Counted from the first letter of the stretch, positions 18,829-29,983 are shown. The stretch is 64,000 bases of DNA from Calditrichaceae bacterium (GCA_050173015.1 JBFXLE010000007.1:96001-160000); one strand, 5' to 3'. Translations and numbers: made by a program. Notes: generated from the letters alone by a model not told the origin.

Positions 18829-19383
18829 TTATTCTTTTTCTTCTGTCTTACTTTCTTTTGCTTTTTTTGGCTTTTTTTCAGAAGATTCTTCTTTAACAGC
18901 TTTTTTCTCGGTTTTTTTCGTTGTTTTTTTAGCTGTTACTTTTTTTGATTCTTTTTGTTCTTCTACTGGTTCTGCTTTTTGTTCGGCTTTCTTAGTTTCT
19001 TTCTTTTTGACAGCTTCGCCGGCCTGTTCAAAACCAACTAACTGCAGTAAGCTAATAGAAGCGGCATCCCCTTTTCGATATCCCAGCCTAATGATTCGTG
19101 TATAACCGCCGTTTCTATCCTGAAATACCGGCGCCACTTCTTCAAAAAGGACTTTAACAGCTTCCTTATTCTGCAGGAATTTAAATGCCAGACGACGATG
19201 ATGAAGAGATCCTTTCTTCCCATAAGTTATAAGGCGCTCAACAAATCTTCTCACTTCTTTTGCTTTTGCATCGGTGGTTTTGATCTGTTTGTGCATGAGT
19301 ACCTGTGCAGCCATGTTGCGCATGAGTGCTTTCTTATGACTTGTCGTTCTGCCTAAATGTGTACCCTTTTTCTTGTGTTGCAT
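18829..19383 (-). CDS. rplQ: 50S ribosomal protein L17 with K/E-rich C-terminal extension
   Basis: LGRTTSHKKALMRN, IKTTDAKAKE, RNGGYTRII. Confidence 0.97.
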   Translation of the reverse strand: MQHKKKGTHLGRTTSHKKALMRNMAAQVLMHKQIKTTDAKAKEVRRFVERLITYGKKGSLHHRRLAFKFLQNKEAVKVLFEEVAPVFQDRNGGYTRIIRLGYRKGDAASISLLQLVGFEQAGEAVKKKETKKAEQKAEPVEEQKESKKVTAKKTTKKTEKKAVKEESSEKKPKKAKESKTEEKE

Positions 19384-19404
19384 TCTGTATGTCCTTCTTT
19401 AAGC

Positions 19405-20394
19405 TTATACTTTTTCTTCAGGTTTTAAATATTTTTCAACATTCATACCGAATTGCAATCCGCGTTCTTCCAGAATTTTACCCAGTTCCATAAGAGATTT
19501 CCGACCAAAATTTTTGAATTTTAGCATCTCTTGTTCATCTCTTCGGACCAGATCGCCGATTGTTTTAATATTTGCAGCTTTTAAGCAATTGTGAGACCGC
19601 ACAGAAAGTTCCAGCTCATCCACACTCATTTTTAGCAGTTTTTTGATTCGCAGGGTTTCTTCATCAATTTCATTAACTTCTTCTTCTTCAGTATCAATAT
19701 CAAAATTAATGAACAGCTGTATATGGTCTCTTAATATTTTACCGCTATAAGTTAACGCATCATCAGGAGTTATACTTCCGTCTGTTTCAATCTCAAGAAT
19801 CAATTTTTCAAAATCTGTTCTTTGGCCTACGCGGGTATTTTCCACAAAATACCGAACGTTTAATATCGGGGAGAAAATAGAATCTATCGGTATAACACCA
19901 ATCGGCTGGTCTGCCGCTTTATTCTCTTCCGCGGTCACATATCCACGCCCACGACCTATTCTAAGCTCCATTTCAAAATTTGCGTCCTCATTCAGACTGG
20001 CAATATGAAGGTCAGGATTAAGTACTTCAAAATCATTTGTACAATCCTGAATAGTTTTGCCTGTCAGCTCTAAAGGGCCTTTTAGATTCAAAGTAACCTT
20101 GTCCGGGCGTTTATTCATTAGTTTTAATCGTACTTGCTTCAGATTAAGAATGATTTCAGTCACATCCTCATATACGCCGGGAACGGTGGTAAATTCATGT
20201 TGAATATTGTTAATTTTAATAGCGGTAATTGCTGCACCCTGCAGAGAAGAAAGCAACACTCTCCTAAACATGTTTCCAATCGTAACGCCAAATCCTTTTT
20301 CCAGTGGTTGGACATAGAATTTCCCGAAGGTACTGGAATAAGACGACTCGTCTAATTCTATCCTCTCTGGCATCTGTAAGTTAGTCCAGCTCAT
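19405..20394 (-). CDS. rpoA: RNA polymerase alpha subunit
   Basis: PLEKGFGVTIGN, RVGQRTDFEKL, ELELSVRSHNCL, NFGRKSL. Confidence 0.98.
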   Translation of the reverse strand: MSWTNLQMPERIELDESSYSSTFGKFYVQPLEKGFGVTIGNMFRRVLLSSLQGAAITAIKINNIQHEFTTVPGVYEDVTEIILNLKQVRLKLMNKRPDKVTLNLKGPLELTGKTIQDCTNDFEVLNPDLHIASLNEDANFEMELRIGRGRGYVTAEENKAADQPIGVIPIDSIFSPILNVRYFVENTRVGQRTDFEKLILEIETDGSITPDDALTYSGKILRDHIQLFINFDIDTEEEEVNEIDEETLRIKKLLKMSVDELELSVRSHNCLKAANIKTIGDLVRRDEQEMLKFKNFGRKSLMELGKILEERGLQFGMNVEKYLKPEEKV

Positions 20395-20426
20395 TATTCA
20401 CCCATTCTTTTATTTTTTTGTTGCCA

Positions 20427-21041
20427 CTACTTAGAGTATAACTCAACAATCATATTTTCTTGAACATTTACAGGAATATCCGCGCGTTCCGGCCTTTGGA
20501 TAAAACTACCTTTTAACTGGGCCTTATCCAGAGTCAGCCAGGGATACATATTCTCCGCGCGAACTTTTTTCATGGCATCATGAACGACAGCAAGCCGACG
20601 ACTTTTCTCTCTGATCTGAACCTCATCACCCGGCTTCAAAAGAAATGACGGTATATTTACAACACGGCCGTTCACTGTGACATGCTTATGTAACACTATT
20701 TGTCTTGCCTGAGATCTTGAGACAGCAAATCCCAAACGATAAACAGTATTGTCCAGACGACTTTCGAGAATCTTTAGCAGATTTTCTCCGGTCACGCCTT
20801 TCATACGTTCCGCCTTTACAAAATAATTATGGAATTGTCTTTCCAGCAGTCCGTACATAATTTTTAATTTTTGTTTTTCTCTAAGCTGTAGTCCGTAATC
20901 GGAAATCTTTTTTCTTCCCATCCCGTGCTGTCCCGGAGGATAGGGTTTATTATTCAAAATTTTATCAAATTTTGGATTTCCAAATATATTTTCACCGAAT
21001 TTACGGACAAGTTTCGCTTTAGGTCCTGTATATCTTGCCAT
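20427..21041 (-). CDS. rpsD: 30S ribosomal protein S4
   Basis: MARYTGP, YPPGQHG, LESRLDN, IVELYSK. Confidence 0.98.
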   Translation of the reverse strand: MARYTGPKAKLVRKFGENIFGNPKFDKILNNKPYPPGQHGMGRKKISDYGLQLREKQKLKIMYGLLERQFHNYFVKAERMKGVTGENLLKILESRLDNTVYRLGFAVSRSQARQIVLHKHVTVNGRVVNIPSFLLKPGDEVQIREKSRRLAVVHDAMKKVRAENMYPWLTLDKAQLKGSFIQRPERADIPVNVQENMIVELYSK

Positions 21042-21062
21042 TAACTAAACTCCAAATTAGGG

Positions 21063-21455
21063 TTATACACGTCTCTTTTTAGGTGGTCTGCAACCATTAT
21101 GCGGGATTGGGGTCACATCCTTAATCGTGGAAATTTCCAATCCAGCCGCCTGTAAAGACCTAATCGCTGCTTCTCTTCCTGAACCCGGTCCCTTTACTTC
21201 GACGTCTACACTGCGCAACCCGAGGTCCATTGCGGTTTTGCTTGCATTTTCTGCGGCAACCTGAGCTGCGAACGGAGTGTTTTTCCTTGATCCTTTAAAA
21301 CCAACATGTCCGGCACTAGCCCAGGAGATAACATTTCCATAATTATCAGTTATCGAAACGATGGTATTATTAAAGGTAGATTTGATATGTGCCTTGCCAT
21401 GCGGTTCAACACGCTCTTTTTTCTTGACCTTTTTTCTAGCCTTAGGTGAAGCCAA
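21063..21455 (-). CDS. rpsK: 30S ribosomal protein S11
   Basis: [36 protein letters not shown] start. Confidence 0.98.
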   Translation of the reverse strand: MASPKARKKVKKKERVEPHGKAHIKSTFNNTIVSITDNYGNVISWASAGHVGFKGSRKNTPFAAQVAAENASKTAMDLGLRSVDVEVKGPGSGREAAIRSLQAAGLEISTIKDVTPIPHNGCRPPKKRRV

Positions 21456-21476
21456 ATCACGCCTCCTGAATTATAA

Positions 21477-21848
21477 TTATTTTTTCTTTCCGCCACTAAC
21501 AAGTCTTTTGCGGCCTTTACGAGTGCGCGCATTTGTTTTTGTTCTCTGACCATGTACTGGTAATCCGCGATGGTGACGATACCCTCTCACAGAATTAATA
21601 TCCATCAACCTTTTAATGTTCATATTAATTTCTGCTTTGAGCGCACCTTCAACCTTATGCTCTGTCTGAATGATCGTACGAATCTTTTTCACTTCATCTT
21701 CAGTCAGATCTTTAACCCGGGTATTTACATCGACTCCGGAATCCTTACAGATTTTTTCTGAAGAGGTTTTACCAATACCGTATATATAGGTTAAACCGAT
21801 AACTACGCGCTTGTTTTTCGGTAAATCAACACCAGCGATACGAGCCAA
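21477..21848 (-). CDS. rpsM: 30S ribosomal protein S13
   Basis: [31 protein letters not shown] start. Confidence 0.98.
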   Translation of the reverse strand: MARIAGVDLPKNKRVVIGLTYIYGIGKTSSEKICKDSGVDVNTRVKDLTEDEVKKIRTIIQTEHKVEGALKAEINMNIKRLMDINSVRGYRHHRGLPVHGQRTKTNARTRKGRKRLVSGGKKK

Positions 21849-21865
21849 AACTGCCTCCTTAAAAT

Positions 21866-21982
21866 TTAACCTTGACGCTGTTTATGTTTTGGATTTTTAC
21901 TACAAATTACTCTTACAACACCCTTGCGACGAATTATTTTACAACCGTCACATATTTTTTTAACTGAGGCCTGTACTTTCAT
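21866..21982 (-). CDS. rpmJ: 50S ribosomal protein L36 (Zn-ribbon form)
   Basis: Too short for the track; manual translation [38 protein letters not shown]. Confidence 0.96.
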   Translation of the reverse strand: MKVQASVKKICDGCKIIRRKGVVRVICSKNPKHKQRQG

Positions 21983-21994
21983 CTTCAATCCTTA

Positions 21995-22216
21995 TTATTT
22001 ATAACGATACACTATTCTTCCCCTGGACAAATCGTAGGGGGATAGTTCCATGCTTACTTTGTCTCCGGGTAATATTTTTATAAAATGCATTCTCATTTTG
22101 CCGGAAATATATGCTAACACCTCATGTCCGTTTTCAAGGGTCACGATAAAAGAAGCATTTGGCAGTGTTTCCTTTATAATTCCATCAACTCTGATTGCCT
22201 CTTGCTTTTTTGCCAA
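21995..22216 (-). CDS. infA: Translation initiation factor IF-1
   Basis: [35 protein letters not shown] start. Confidence 0.98.
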   Translation of the reverse strand: MAKKQEAIRVDGIIKETLPNASFIVTLENGHEVLAYISGKMRMHFIKILPGDKVSMELSPYDLSRGRIVYRYK

Positions 22217-22231
22217 ATTAATACTCCTTAC

Positions 22232-22981
22232 TTAATTAACCATTGTTAAAATTTTGGGTCCATCCTTCAATATTGCTATAGAATGCTCATAATGGGCGGA
22301 AGGTTTTCCGTCAAGTGTCTTCACAGTCCACTGATCATCCATTATATATACTTTATATGTCCCCAAATTAACCATTGGTTCAATGGCTATGACCATTCCA
22401 ATCTTTAATTTCGGACCCTTTCCCTTTACTCCATAATTGGGTATTTGAGGGTCCTCATGAGGTTCAATACCAACTCCATGACCAACCAGGTCTCTGACAA
22501 TTGAATACCCATGTTTTTCTACATGGTTCTGAACCGCTGCTGAAATATCACCAACCCGGTTACCTTCTCTTGCCTGCTCTATTCCAAGGTACAAACTTTC
22601 TTCGGTTACTTTACAGAGGTTTTTGGTTTCCGGCGAAACATTTCCTACCAGAAAAGTTTTTGCGCCGTCACCATAGTAACCATCAAGCTCAACCCCGACA
22701 TCAATGCCTACAATATCACCATCTGCCAATTTTTTTTCACCTGGAATTCCGTGAACCACCTCATCATTTAATGAGATACATGCCGCGGCCGGAAAACCAT
22801 ATAAACCCTTGAATGCAGGTCGCGCATTCTTACTTAATATGAAATTCTCTATTTCTTTATTAAGAATATTTGTGGTAACACCGGGTTCTATATATTTTTC
22901 AATGAACTTTAGCGATTCAGCAAGGATGATATTACTTTTTTCTATCTTATTTATTTCTTTTTCTGATTTTATATAAATCAT
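22232..22981 (-). CDS. map: Methionine aminopeptidase type I
   Basis: CISLNDEVVHGIP, DVG...YGDGA, GHGVG...HEDP, AIEPM, SAHYEH. Confidence 0.97.
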   Translation of the reverse strand: MIYIKSEKEINKIEKSNIILAESLKFIEKYIEPGVTTNILNKEIENFILSKNARPAFKGLYGFPAAACISLNDEVVHGIPGEKKLADGDIVGIDVGVELDGYYGDGAKTFLVGNVSPETKNLCKVTEESLYLGIEQAREGNRVGDISAAVQNHVEKHGYSIVRDLVGHGVGIEPHEDPQIPNYGVKGKGPKLKIGMVIAIEPMVNLGTYKVYIMDDQWTVKTLDGKPSAHYEHSIAILKDGPKILTMVN

Positions 22982-22991
22982 AACCGACTAC

Positions 22992-24317
22992 TTATTTCCG
23001 CCCTCTGAGCTTGCCGGATTTCATAAAACCGTCATAGTGACGCATAAATAAATGAGATTCCACCTGTTGCAAGAAATCAAGCGCTACACCCACAATAATC
23101 AACAGCCCTGTACCTCCGTAAAATGAGGCGAGACTGTAAGGAATATTGAACCATTTGGCCAGCATCGCCGGTACAATGGCGATAATTGCAAGGAATATTG
23201 ACGCAGGTAACGTTATCCGTGTCAATATATTATCCAAGAACTCAGAAGTTCTTTTTCCAGGACGAACACCCGGAATAAAACCACCCTGCTTTTTCAAATT
23301 ATCCGCGACATCAACAGGATTTAAAGCGATGGCGGTATAAAAATAGGTAAAGAAAACGATCATTACACCATAAACAATCCAGTAAAACCATGACTCCATC
23401 GAAAATAGACCCTGTAGCGTAATCATGAATTCACTTTCGGGCATAAAAGTCAGCACTGTTGTCGGAACAAACATGATTGCCTGAGCAAAGATAATCGGCA
23501 TAACTCCGGCGGTATTGACTTTCATTGGAAAATGGGTATTGGTGCCTCCGTATACTTTTCTCCCCACCACTCTTTTTGCATACTGAACCGGAATTTTTCT
23601 GGTTCCCTGAGTAAGTAGAACCACAAAGTAGATAATCGCAAAAGCAAGTGCCAAAAGCGCGGCTTCAGCGAGTAGCCCGCGTTCACCACTTGAGAAATGT
23701 ATATATTCTTCCGATAAAGCGCTCGGTAAGCTGGCAATAATACCTATAAAGATGATAAGAGAAATACCATTACCAATACCTCGATCATCTATTTGTTCAC
23801 CAAGCCACATGATAAGCATGGTTCCGGAGGCCATGGAAATCATTGTCATTAATTGAAATCCTATACCCGGATCGGGTACGGCGAGCCTGCCGTCCGCAAT
23901 CTGAATACTCTGCAGAAATATAGCAACACCATAAGCCTGCATGGCAGAAATCAACAATGTGCCATAACGGGTATACTGAATGATTTTTTTTCGGCCTTCT
24001 TCACCTTCTTTTTGAAGCTTCTGAAAGTGCGGAACTACGGCTCCCAGCAGCTGAATAATAATGGATGCGCTGATATAGGGCATAATACCCAGCCCGAAAA
24101 TAGCTGCCTTGCTAAACGCGCCGCCGGCAAACAAGTCATACAGACCAAATAAAGTACCTTGTAAGTTCTTAAATCCTTCTGCCAACACACTTGTATCGAT
24201 TCCCGGCGTAACGATATGGGTACCGATTCGCTCGATACCTAAAATCATCAATGTAAAAAAAATACGCCTTCTCAATTCACCGATCTTGAATATATTTCTA
24301 AAAGTATCGAGTATCAT
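22992..24317 (-). CDS. secY: Preprotein translocase subunit SecY
   Basis: LGIMPYISASII, WLGEQI..RGIGNGISL, AGVMPIIFA, GGFIPGVRPG. Confidence 0.98.
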   Translation of the reverse strand: MILDTFRNIFKIGELRRRIFFTLMILGIERIGTHIVTPGIDTSVLAEGFKNLQGTLFGLYDLFAGGAFSKAAIFGLGIMPYISASIIIQLLGAVVPHFQKLQKEGEEGRKKIIQYTRYGTLLISAMQAYGVAIFLQSIQIADGRLAVPDPGIGFQLMTMISMASGTMLIMWLGEQIDDRGIGNGISLIIFIGIIASLPSALSEEYIHFSSGERGLLAEAALLALAFAIIYFVVLLTQGTRKIPVQYAKRVVGRKVYGGTNTHFPMKVNTAGVMPIIFAQAIMFVPTTVLTFMPESEFMITLQGLFSMESWFYWIVYGVMIVFFTYFYTAIALNPVDVADNLKKQGGFIPGVRPGKRTSEFLDNILTRITLPASIFLAIIAIVPAMLAKWFNIPYSLASFYGGTGLLIIVGVALDFLQQVESHLFMRHYDGFMKSGKLRGRK

Positions 24318-24754
24318 GATAGCGTAACGGTGCCTCCTAATTTTTCGATCTTTTCCCTGGCTGATTTGCTGATGGCATCAATCGTTAAATTGACTTTCGA
24401 TTTCAATTCACCGTTACCGAGAATTTTTACAGGCACATTTTTTTTACGAATAAGCCCGTTCTGTAATAAAATCTCCCTGGTAATCATCTCTGAACCGGAT
24501 ACTTTCTCAAGATCTCCGACATTTACAACCTGATGGGTTATTTTATTGATATTTGTAAAACCAAATTTTGGTAAACGACGTTGCAGAGGCATCTGGCCAC
24601 CTTCAAACCAGGCTCTTTGTTTCGCGCCGCCTCTGGAACCATAACCTTTATGTCCTCTACCTGCGGTTACCGCGAGACCTGAACCTTCACCCCGGCCACG
24701 TCTTTTTTTCTTTTTGGTTGCCCCACTCGCAGGACGTAATGTACTTAAATCCAT
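24314..24754 (-). CDS. rplO: 50S ribosomal protein L15
   Basis: RGRGEGSG...GRGHKG, FEGGQMPLQRRLPKFGF. Confidence 0.98.
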   Translation of the reverse strand: MDLSTLRPASGATKKKKRRGRGEGSGLAVTAGRGHKGYGSRGGAKQRAWFEGGQMPLQRRLPKFGFTNINKITHQVVNVGDLEKVSGSEMITREILLQNGLIRKKNVPVKILGNGELKSKVNLTIDAISKSAREKIEKLGGTVTLS

Positions 24755-24782
24755 AATTGAACTATCCCCTATACAATATATT

Positions 24783-24980
24783 CTATTTTACTTCTTCCAC
24801 ATTGACAAGATGCTTAACTTTATTAACCATTCCGAGGATTTGTGGAGTGGCATCATGCACCACGCTATGATTTAATTTTTTGATACCCAATGCTTCAATA
24901 GTCAATTTCTGACCTTTGGGATAGCCTATTGCACTTTTTTTCTGGGTAATCTTTATTTTTTTTAACTTACTTGTTGCCAT
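24783..24980 (-). CDS. rpmD: 50S ribosomal protein L30
   Basis: IKITQKKSAIG, ALGIKK, GMVNKVKHLV; position in spc operon. Confidence 0.96.
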   Translation of the reverse strand: MATSKLKKIKITQKKSAIGYPKGQKLTIEALGIKKLNHSVVHDATPQILGMVNKVKHLVNVEEVK

Positions 24981-25004
24981 TATTAATATCCTTGAAATTA
25001 GCTG

Positions 25005-25511
25005 TTAACCATGAAATAACTTGCCAAGCGAAATATTTCTTCTCTTCGCAACTTCTTCAGCACTCATCATATTTTTAAGAGCATAAAATGTCGCTTTGCT
25101 GAGATTGTGCGGGTTTGAAGAACCGATCGATTTGGTCAAAATATCAGTAATTCCCGCCATTTCGCAAATTGCGCGGACCGGACCACCGGCAATAACTCCT
25201 GTACCGGGTGAAGCCGGATTTAAGGAGACATAACCAGCGCCGTATTTAGCATTGACCGGATATGAAATCGTACCATTTATCAGTGATACTTTAGTTAGAT
25301 TTTTTTTAGCCTGATCAGTGGCTTTTGAGATAGCATTAATAACTTCATTGGCTTTACCTAAACCAAGACCTATAATGCCACTTCCATCGCCAACTACAAC
25401 AATGGCATTGAACGAGAAGCGCCGACCGCCTTTTAATACTTTGGCGACACGGTTGATATAAACCACCTTCTCTTTTAAATCTAATTCACCTGGATTAATT
25501 CGTTCAACCAC
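25005..25511 (-). CDS. rpsE: 30S ribosomal protein S5
   Basis: [28 protein letters not shown]. Confidence 0.98.
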   Translation of the reverse strand: MVERINPGELDLKEKVVYINRVAKVLKGGRRFSFNAIVVVGDGSGIIGLGLGKANEVINAISKATDQAKKNLTKVSLINGTISYPVNAKYGAGYVSLNPASPGTGVIAGGPVRAICEMAGITDILTKSIGSSNPHNLSKATFYALKNMMSAEEVAKRRNISLGKLFHG

Positions 25512-25528
25512 CGTTCACTCCCTATAAT

Positions 25529-25861
25529 TTAAAAATCCAAGCCACCTTCACGGGCACCATCGGCGAACGATTTTACACGCCCATGATAAAGATAACTGTT
25601 TCTGTCAAAAACTACTTTTGACACATTTTTCTTTTTTGCTTCTTCAGCCAGCAATTTACCGACAATAAAAGCTTTTTCTTTTTTTGATTTGGCTTTTTTC
25701 AGAGCATCTTTGACTGATTTACTTATATCAGACAGCCCTAATAACACCTTTTTCTGGGAATCGTCAACGATTTGCCCATGCATATATCTCAGGCTTCTAA
25801 AAACCACTAAACGCGGTCTTTCAGTTGTACCGAATATCCTTTTTTTACTTTTCTCAGGCAT
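25529..25861 (-). CDS. rplR: 50S ribosomal protein L18 (short N-terminus)
   Basis: RPRLVVFRS, VVFDRNSYLYHGRVK, AREGGLDF. Confidence 0.96.
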   Translation of the reverse strand: MPEKSKKRIFGTTERPRLVVFRSLRYMHGQIVDDSQKKVLLGLSDISKSVKDALKKAKSKKEKAFIVGKLLAEEAKKKNVSKVVFDRNSYLYHGRVKSFADGAREGGLDF

Positions 25862-25880
25862 CTTAATCGTTCCTATCTAC

Positions 25881-26420
25881 TTATTTTCCTGCCGTTTTTC
25901 CAGCCTTGCGACGTATATGTTCGCCGGCATATTTCACGCCTTTGCCTTTGTAGGGCTCTGGCTTTCTGTAACTGCGAAGCTTGGATGCGATCATTCCCAC
26001 CAATTCTTTATTTATACCCGAAATTTGTATTTCATTCGGACCGGGAACATTTATCGTTATACCCTCAGGTGCAGAAAAAACGATCGGATGAGAAAAACCT
26101 AAATGGAGTACAAGACGACTACCCTTGGTTTCAGCCTTATATCCAACACCAACAATTTCAAGTTTCTTTGTAAAACCGTTTGATACACCTTCAACCATAT
26201 TCGCAATCAGAGTACGGGTTAATCCATGCAATGAGCGACTAACCTTTTCATCATTCATTCTGGAAACCACAATCTCTTTATTTTCAATCACAATATTGAT
26301 CTGCTCTACGAACTGACGGCTCAGCTCGCCTTTTGGTCCTTTAACAGTCAATATTTTATTATCCAGATTAACATTAACGTTATCCGGAATCTGAACTGGT
26401 AATTTGCCGATTCTCGACAC
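25881..26420 (-). CDS. rplF: 50S ribosomal protein L6
   Basis: MSRIGK, VKGPKGEL, RKPEPYKGKGVKY. Confidence 0.98.
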   Translation of the reverse strand: MSRIGKLPVQIPDNVNVNLDNKILTVKGPKGELSRQFVEQINIVIENKEIVVSRMNDEKVSRSLHGLTRTLIANMVEGVSNGFTKKLEIVGVGYKAETKGSRLVLHLGFSHPIVFSAPEGITINVPGPNEIQISGINKELVGMIASKLRSYRKPEPYKGKGVKYAGEHIRRKAGKTAGK

Positions 26421-26444
26421 TTTATTGTCTCCTATTCCTTCATA

Positions 26445-26843
26445 TTACCAAACGTAACATAAAATTTCGCCACCAACGTGTTGTCTTTTTGCTTCACGAG
26501 CAGTAATTACACCTTTAGGAGTTGTCATAATCGCAATACCTAAATTATTTTTTACCCTGGGTAAATTCTCTACAGGAACATATTGTCTTCTTCCAGGCTT
26601 GCTTACTCTCGTTAAATTCTGAATGATTGGATTTTTATACTGATCGTATTTCAACCAGATTCGTATAAGACCCTGTTTACCATCATCAACTACAACATAT
26701 TTTGCTATATATCCTTGTTCGAGCAAGATACGGCTCATCTGACGTTTAACGTTAGATGACGGTATATCCACATATTTGTGTTTGGCATGCAGCCCATTTC
26801 TTATTCTTGTCAAAAAGTCTGCAATTGGATCTGTCATTGACAT
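26445..26843 (-). CDS. rpsH: 30S ribosomal protein S8
   Basis: MTDPIADFLTRIRN, SKPGRRQY, GGEILCYVW. Confidence 0.98.
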   Translation of the reverse strand: MSMTDPIADFLTRIRNGLHAKHKYVDIPSSNVKRQMSRILLEQGYIAKYVVVDDGKQGLIRIWLKYDQYKNPIIQNLTRVSKPGRRQYVPVENLPRVKNNLGIAIMTTPKGVITAREAKRQHVGGEILCYVW

Positions 26844-26867
26844 TTATTTATTCTCCTTCAATTGGGT

Positions 26868-27053
26868 TTACCAGCTTGCCTTGGTAACGCCCGGTATTTC
26901 ACCTTGTAAAGCTAATTGTCTGAAGCAAAGACGGCAGATTCCATATTTCCGGAGATATCCCCGTGGACGGCCGCATCTATTACAACGGTTATATTCACGC
27001 ACTTTAAATTTTTGCTTACTTTTAGACTTTTCAATCAAACATTTCTTTGCCAA
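26868..27053 (-). CDS. rpsN: 30S ribosomal protein S14, Zn-binding (type Z) form
   Basis: 61 aa, RCNRCGR...[16 protein letters not shown]. Confidence 0.97.
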   Translation of the reverse strand: MAKKCLIEKSKSKQKFKVREYNRCNRCGRPRGYLRKYGICRLCFRQLALQGEIPGVTKASW

Positions 27054-27068
27054 AGCACACCTCTTATC

Positions 27069-27629
27069 TTAATTTTCCTGTTTCTTGAAAGGGAAACCCA
27101 GTGACCTTAATAGCTCATAAGCTTCTTCATCGGTTTTCGCAGTGCTTACAAAAGTGACATCCAAACCGCGAATTTTATCAATTTTATCAACGTTAATCTC
27201 AGGGAAAATTATCTGTTCTTTGATCCCCAATGTATAATTGCCTCTGCCATCGAATGATTTATCAGAGTAACCTCTGAAATCCCTGATACGAGGAACAGCG
27301 ATACTGATAAAGCGATCAAGAAAATCAAACATCATCTTATTACGTAATGTGACACGGCAGCCTATCTTCATTCCCTGACGAAGCTTGAAATTTGAAATCG
27401 ATTTCTTCGCAGTTGTTATCGCCGGCTTCTGGCCACTGATAACTGTCAGATCACTTACAGCGCCTTCCAGGACTTTCGCGTCCTGAATCGCATCACCAAC
27501 ACCGACATTAAGACTAATTTTTACCAATTTGGGAACTTCATTTATATTTTTATACCCAAATTTTTTCATCATGTGAGGCACAACTTCGTTTTTATATTGA
27601 TCGAACAACCTCGGTACGTATTCAGCCAT
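27069..27629 (-). CDS. rplE: 50S ribosomal protein L5
   Basis: [29 protein letters not shown]. Confidence 0.98.
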   Translation of the reverse strand: MAEYVPRLFDQYKNEVVPHMMKKFGYKNINEVPKLVKISLNVGVGDAIQDAKVLEGAVSDLTVISGQKPAITTAKKSISNFKLRQGMKIGCRVTLRNKMMFDFLDRFISIAVPRIRDFRGYSDKSFDGRGNYTLGIKEQIIFPEINVDKIDKIRGLDVTFVSTAKTDEEAYELLRSLGFPFKKQEN

Positions 27630-27652
27630 TTTTAACCTCTAAATATTCCGTG

Positions 27653-27979
27653 CTATACGTTAACTGATATTATTTCGCCGCAATCTTTATTTTTGCAGAA
27701 CCTTACCTTGGAGCCATCATCCAGAAAACGATAGCCTACACGGGTTGGTTTATTACATTTACCACAAACCAGCACGACATTGGAAATGTGTATGGGGGCT
27801 TCTTTTTCAACAATGCCGCCCTGTGTATTTTTTTGTGACGGACGGGTATGCTTTTTAATAATGTTTACACCCTCAACAATTACCCGGTCCTTATCAGGGA
27901 AAACTTTAAGTACTTTACTTATCTTTCCCTTATATTTGCCTGAAACCACTTTAATAGTGTCGTTTTTAACTACTCTCAT
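27653..27979 (-). CDS. rplX: 50S ribosomal protein L24
   Basis: KOW motif, [24 protein letters not shown]...CKNKDC tail. Confidence 0.97.
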   Translation of the reverse strand: MRVVKNDTIKVVSGKYKGKISKVLKVFPDKDRVIVEGVNIIKKHTRPSQKNTQGGIVEKEAPIHISNVVLVCGKCNKPTRVGYRFLDDGSKVRFCKNKDCGEIISVNV

Positions 27980-27999
27980 TTATACAATCCTACCCATAG

Positions 28000-28368
28000 T
28001 TATAGTACTTCGGGAGCCAAAGATACGATTTTCATAAACTGCATATCACGCAACTCGCGAGCGACAGGCCCAAAAATACGTGTTCCCCGTGGTTCATTTT
28101 GGTTATCGATGATTACGGCTGCATTTTCGTCAAAACGGATATAGGTTCCATCCGGCCTGCGTATTTCTTTCTTCGTGCGAACGATTACCGCCTTCTGAAC
28201 TTCACCCTTTTTCACGGTACCCCCGGGAATAGCGCTCTTTACAGCCACAACAATTATATCACCGACTGATGCGTATCTTCTACCTGAGCCGCCCAGGATA
28301 CGAATACACATAACCTTCTGAGCACCGGAATTGTCCGCGACATTTAACCTTGTATATTCTTGAATCAT
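28000..28368 (-). CDS. rplN: 50S ribosomal protein L14
   Basis: [26 protein letters not shown]. Confidence 0.98.
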   Translation of the reverse strand: MIQEYTRLNVADNSGAQKVMCIRILGGSGRRYASVGDIIVVAVKSAIPGGTVKKGEVQKAVIVRTKKEIRRPDGTYIRFDENAAVIIDNQNEPRGTRIFGPVARELRDMQFMKIVSLAPEVL

Positions 28369-28391
28369 CTTCCAGGTCCTTTTTCAGACAT

Positions 28392-28652
28392 TTATTTAAC
28401 TTTTTCAACAACTTCCACTAAACGCCATCTTTTGTTTTTACTGATGGGTTTGGTTTCCATTACTTTTACAAGATCACCTTCATTGCATACATTTTGCTCA
28501 TCATGCACAGTCAGCTTCATCGTCTTTTTTACGAATTTTCCATACAGAGGATGCTTTAAGCGTCTTTCAACTGCAATGGTGATTGTTTTGTCCATCTTAT
28601 TACTAAGAACTTTACCGATACGAACTTTTCGTAACCCGCGTTCTGTCTTCAT
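28392..28652 (-). CDS. rpsQ: 30S ribosomal protein S17
   Basis: [23 protein letters not shown]. Confidence 0.98.
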   Translation of the reverse strand: MKTERGLRKVRIGKVLSNKMDKTITIAVERRLKHPLYGKFVKKTMKLTVHDEQNVCNEGDLVKVMETKPISKNKRWRLVEVVEKVK

Positions 28653-28669
28653 ATCTTTCCCAATCTCAC

Positions 28670-28879
28670 TTATGCTTTGATATTTATACCTAATTCCTGC
28701 TGACGTATAAATGTTTTAATGCGCGCAATCTCCCTACGCACAAATCTGATCCGAATGGGGTTAGTCAGCTGATGCGTCGCTTTCTGAAGGACAAGATTTT
28801 CATATTCATCTTGAACTTCACGCAACTTCTCATTTAATTCGTCCAGGGTAAGTCCTTTTATATCTTCTTTGCTCTTCAT
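28670..28879 (-). CDS. rpmC: 50S ribosomal protein L29
   Basis: [20 protein letters not shown]; position between rplP and rpsQ. Confidence 0.95.
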   Translation of the reverse strand: MKSKEDIKGLTLDELNEKLREVQDEYENLVLQKATHQLTNPIRIRFVRREIARIKTFIRQQELGINIKA

Positions 28880-28893
28880 CGCTTTTACCCCTG

Positions 28894-29301
28894 TTACTCA
28901 TTTACAACAAATTTTGTTTTAATTGGTAATTTATGCGAAGCTAAGCGCATAGCTTCTTTGGCCAGTTCAAGATCTACACCTTCCAGCTCGAACATAATAC
29001 GGCCGGGCTTTACCACTGCTACCCAATATTCGGGAGATCCCTTACCTTTTCCCATACGAGTTTCCGCCGGTTTTTTAGTGACGGGCTTATCGGGAAATAT
29101 ACGAATCCAAACTTTTCCACCGCGCTTCACGTGCCTTGTGATCGCAATACGTGTTGCTTCTATCTGTCTGCTGGTAATCCAACCGGATTCCATAGCCTTT
29201 AATCCATATTTACCGAATGCAATATAATTGCCCTTCTGGGCATTACCCTTCATTCTTCCGCGTTGTTTCTTACGATATTTAACTCTCTTAGGCATTAACA
29301 T
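28894..29301 (-). CDS. rplP: 50S ribosomal protein L16
   Basis: [26 protein letters not shown]. Confidence 0.98.
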   Translation of the reverse strand: MLMPKRVKYRKKQRGRMKGNAQKGNYIAFGKYGLKAMESGWITSRQIEATRIAITRHVKRGGKVWIRIFPDKPVTKKPAETRMGKGKGSPEYWVAVVKPGRIMFELEGVDLELAKEAMRLASHKLPIKTKFVVNE

Positions 29302-29324
29302 TAGAAAGACTCCTAAAACTCATC

Positions 29325-29957
29325 CTATCTTTTTCCGATTACTTCGCCATTAAAGATCCAGACCTTTACGCCAATTGTTCCATAAGTTGTGTTTGACGTA
29401 TAAGTGGCATAATCTATGTCTGCTCTTAGCGTATGAAGGGGAATTCTTCCTTCTTTATATTGTTCAGTTCTTGCCATTTCAGCTCCGCCGAGACGCCCGG
29501 AACACATAATCTTAATTCCTTCAGCTCCAAGTCTCATTGTCGATGTAATCGCTTTTTTCATAGCGCGACGAAAACTAACCTTGCCTTCCAGCTGCTTCGC
29601 AATGTTTTCGGCAACCAGATATGCGTCTAATTCCGGTTTCTTGATTTCATTGATATTGATCTGAACATCTTTACCTGTTAAAGCTCTCAGTTCTTCTTTT
29701 AACTTATCAACCTCAGAACCCTTTTTCCCGATCACAATCCCGGGCCGGGCCGTATGAACCGTTAAAATGACTTTCTTCACAGTACGTTCGATCTCAATCT
29801 TGGACACCGCCGCTTTCTTCAAACGATTCCTGATGTACTGTCTAAGCTTTAAATCTTCCTGCAGTTTCGCCGCGAAATTCTTTTCGTCAAACCAACTGCT
29901 ATTCCAGGTTTTGATGATCCCTAATCTGAAACCAACCGGATGAACTTTTTGCCCCAA
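29325..29957 (-). CDS. rpsC: 30S ribosomal protein S3
   Basis: [33 protein letters not shown]. Confidence 0.98.
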   Translation of the reverse strand: MGQKVHPVGFRLGIIKTWNSSWFDEKNFAAKLQEDLKLRQYIRNRLKKAAVSKIEIERTVKKVILTVHTARPGIVIGKKGSEVDKLKEELRALTGKDVQININEIKKPELDAYLVAENIAKQLEGKVSFRRAMKKAITSTMRLGAEGIKIMCSGRLGGAEMARTEQYKEGRIPLHTLRADIDYATYTSNTTYGTIGVKVWIFNGEVIGKR

Positions 29958-29983
29958 ACCGATTCTCCTTATAGTGAACAGTT

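Noticed and set aside
22982-22991. Absence of adk between secY and map
   Set aside because: Common arrangement in several phyla; not evidence of gene loss.
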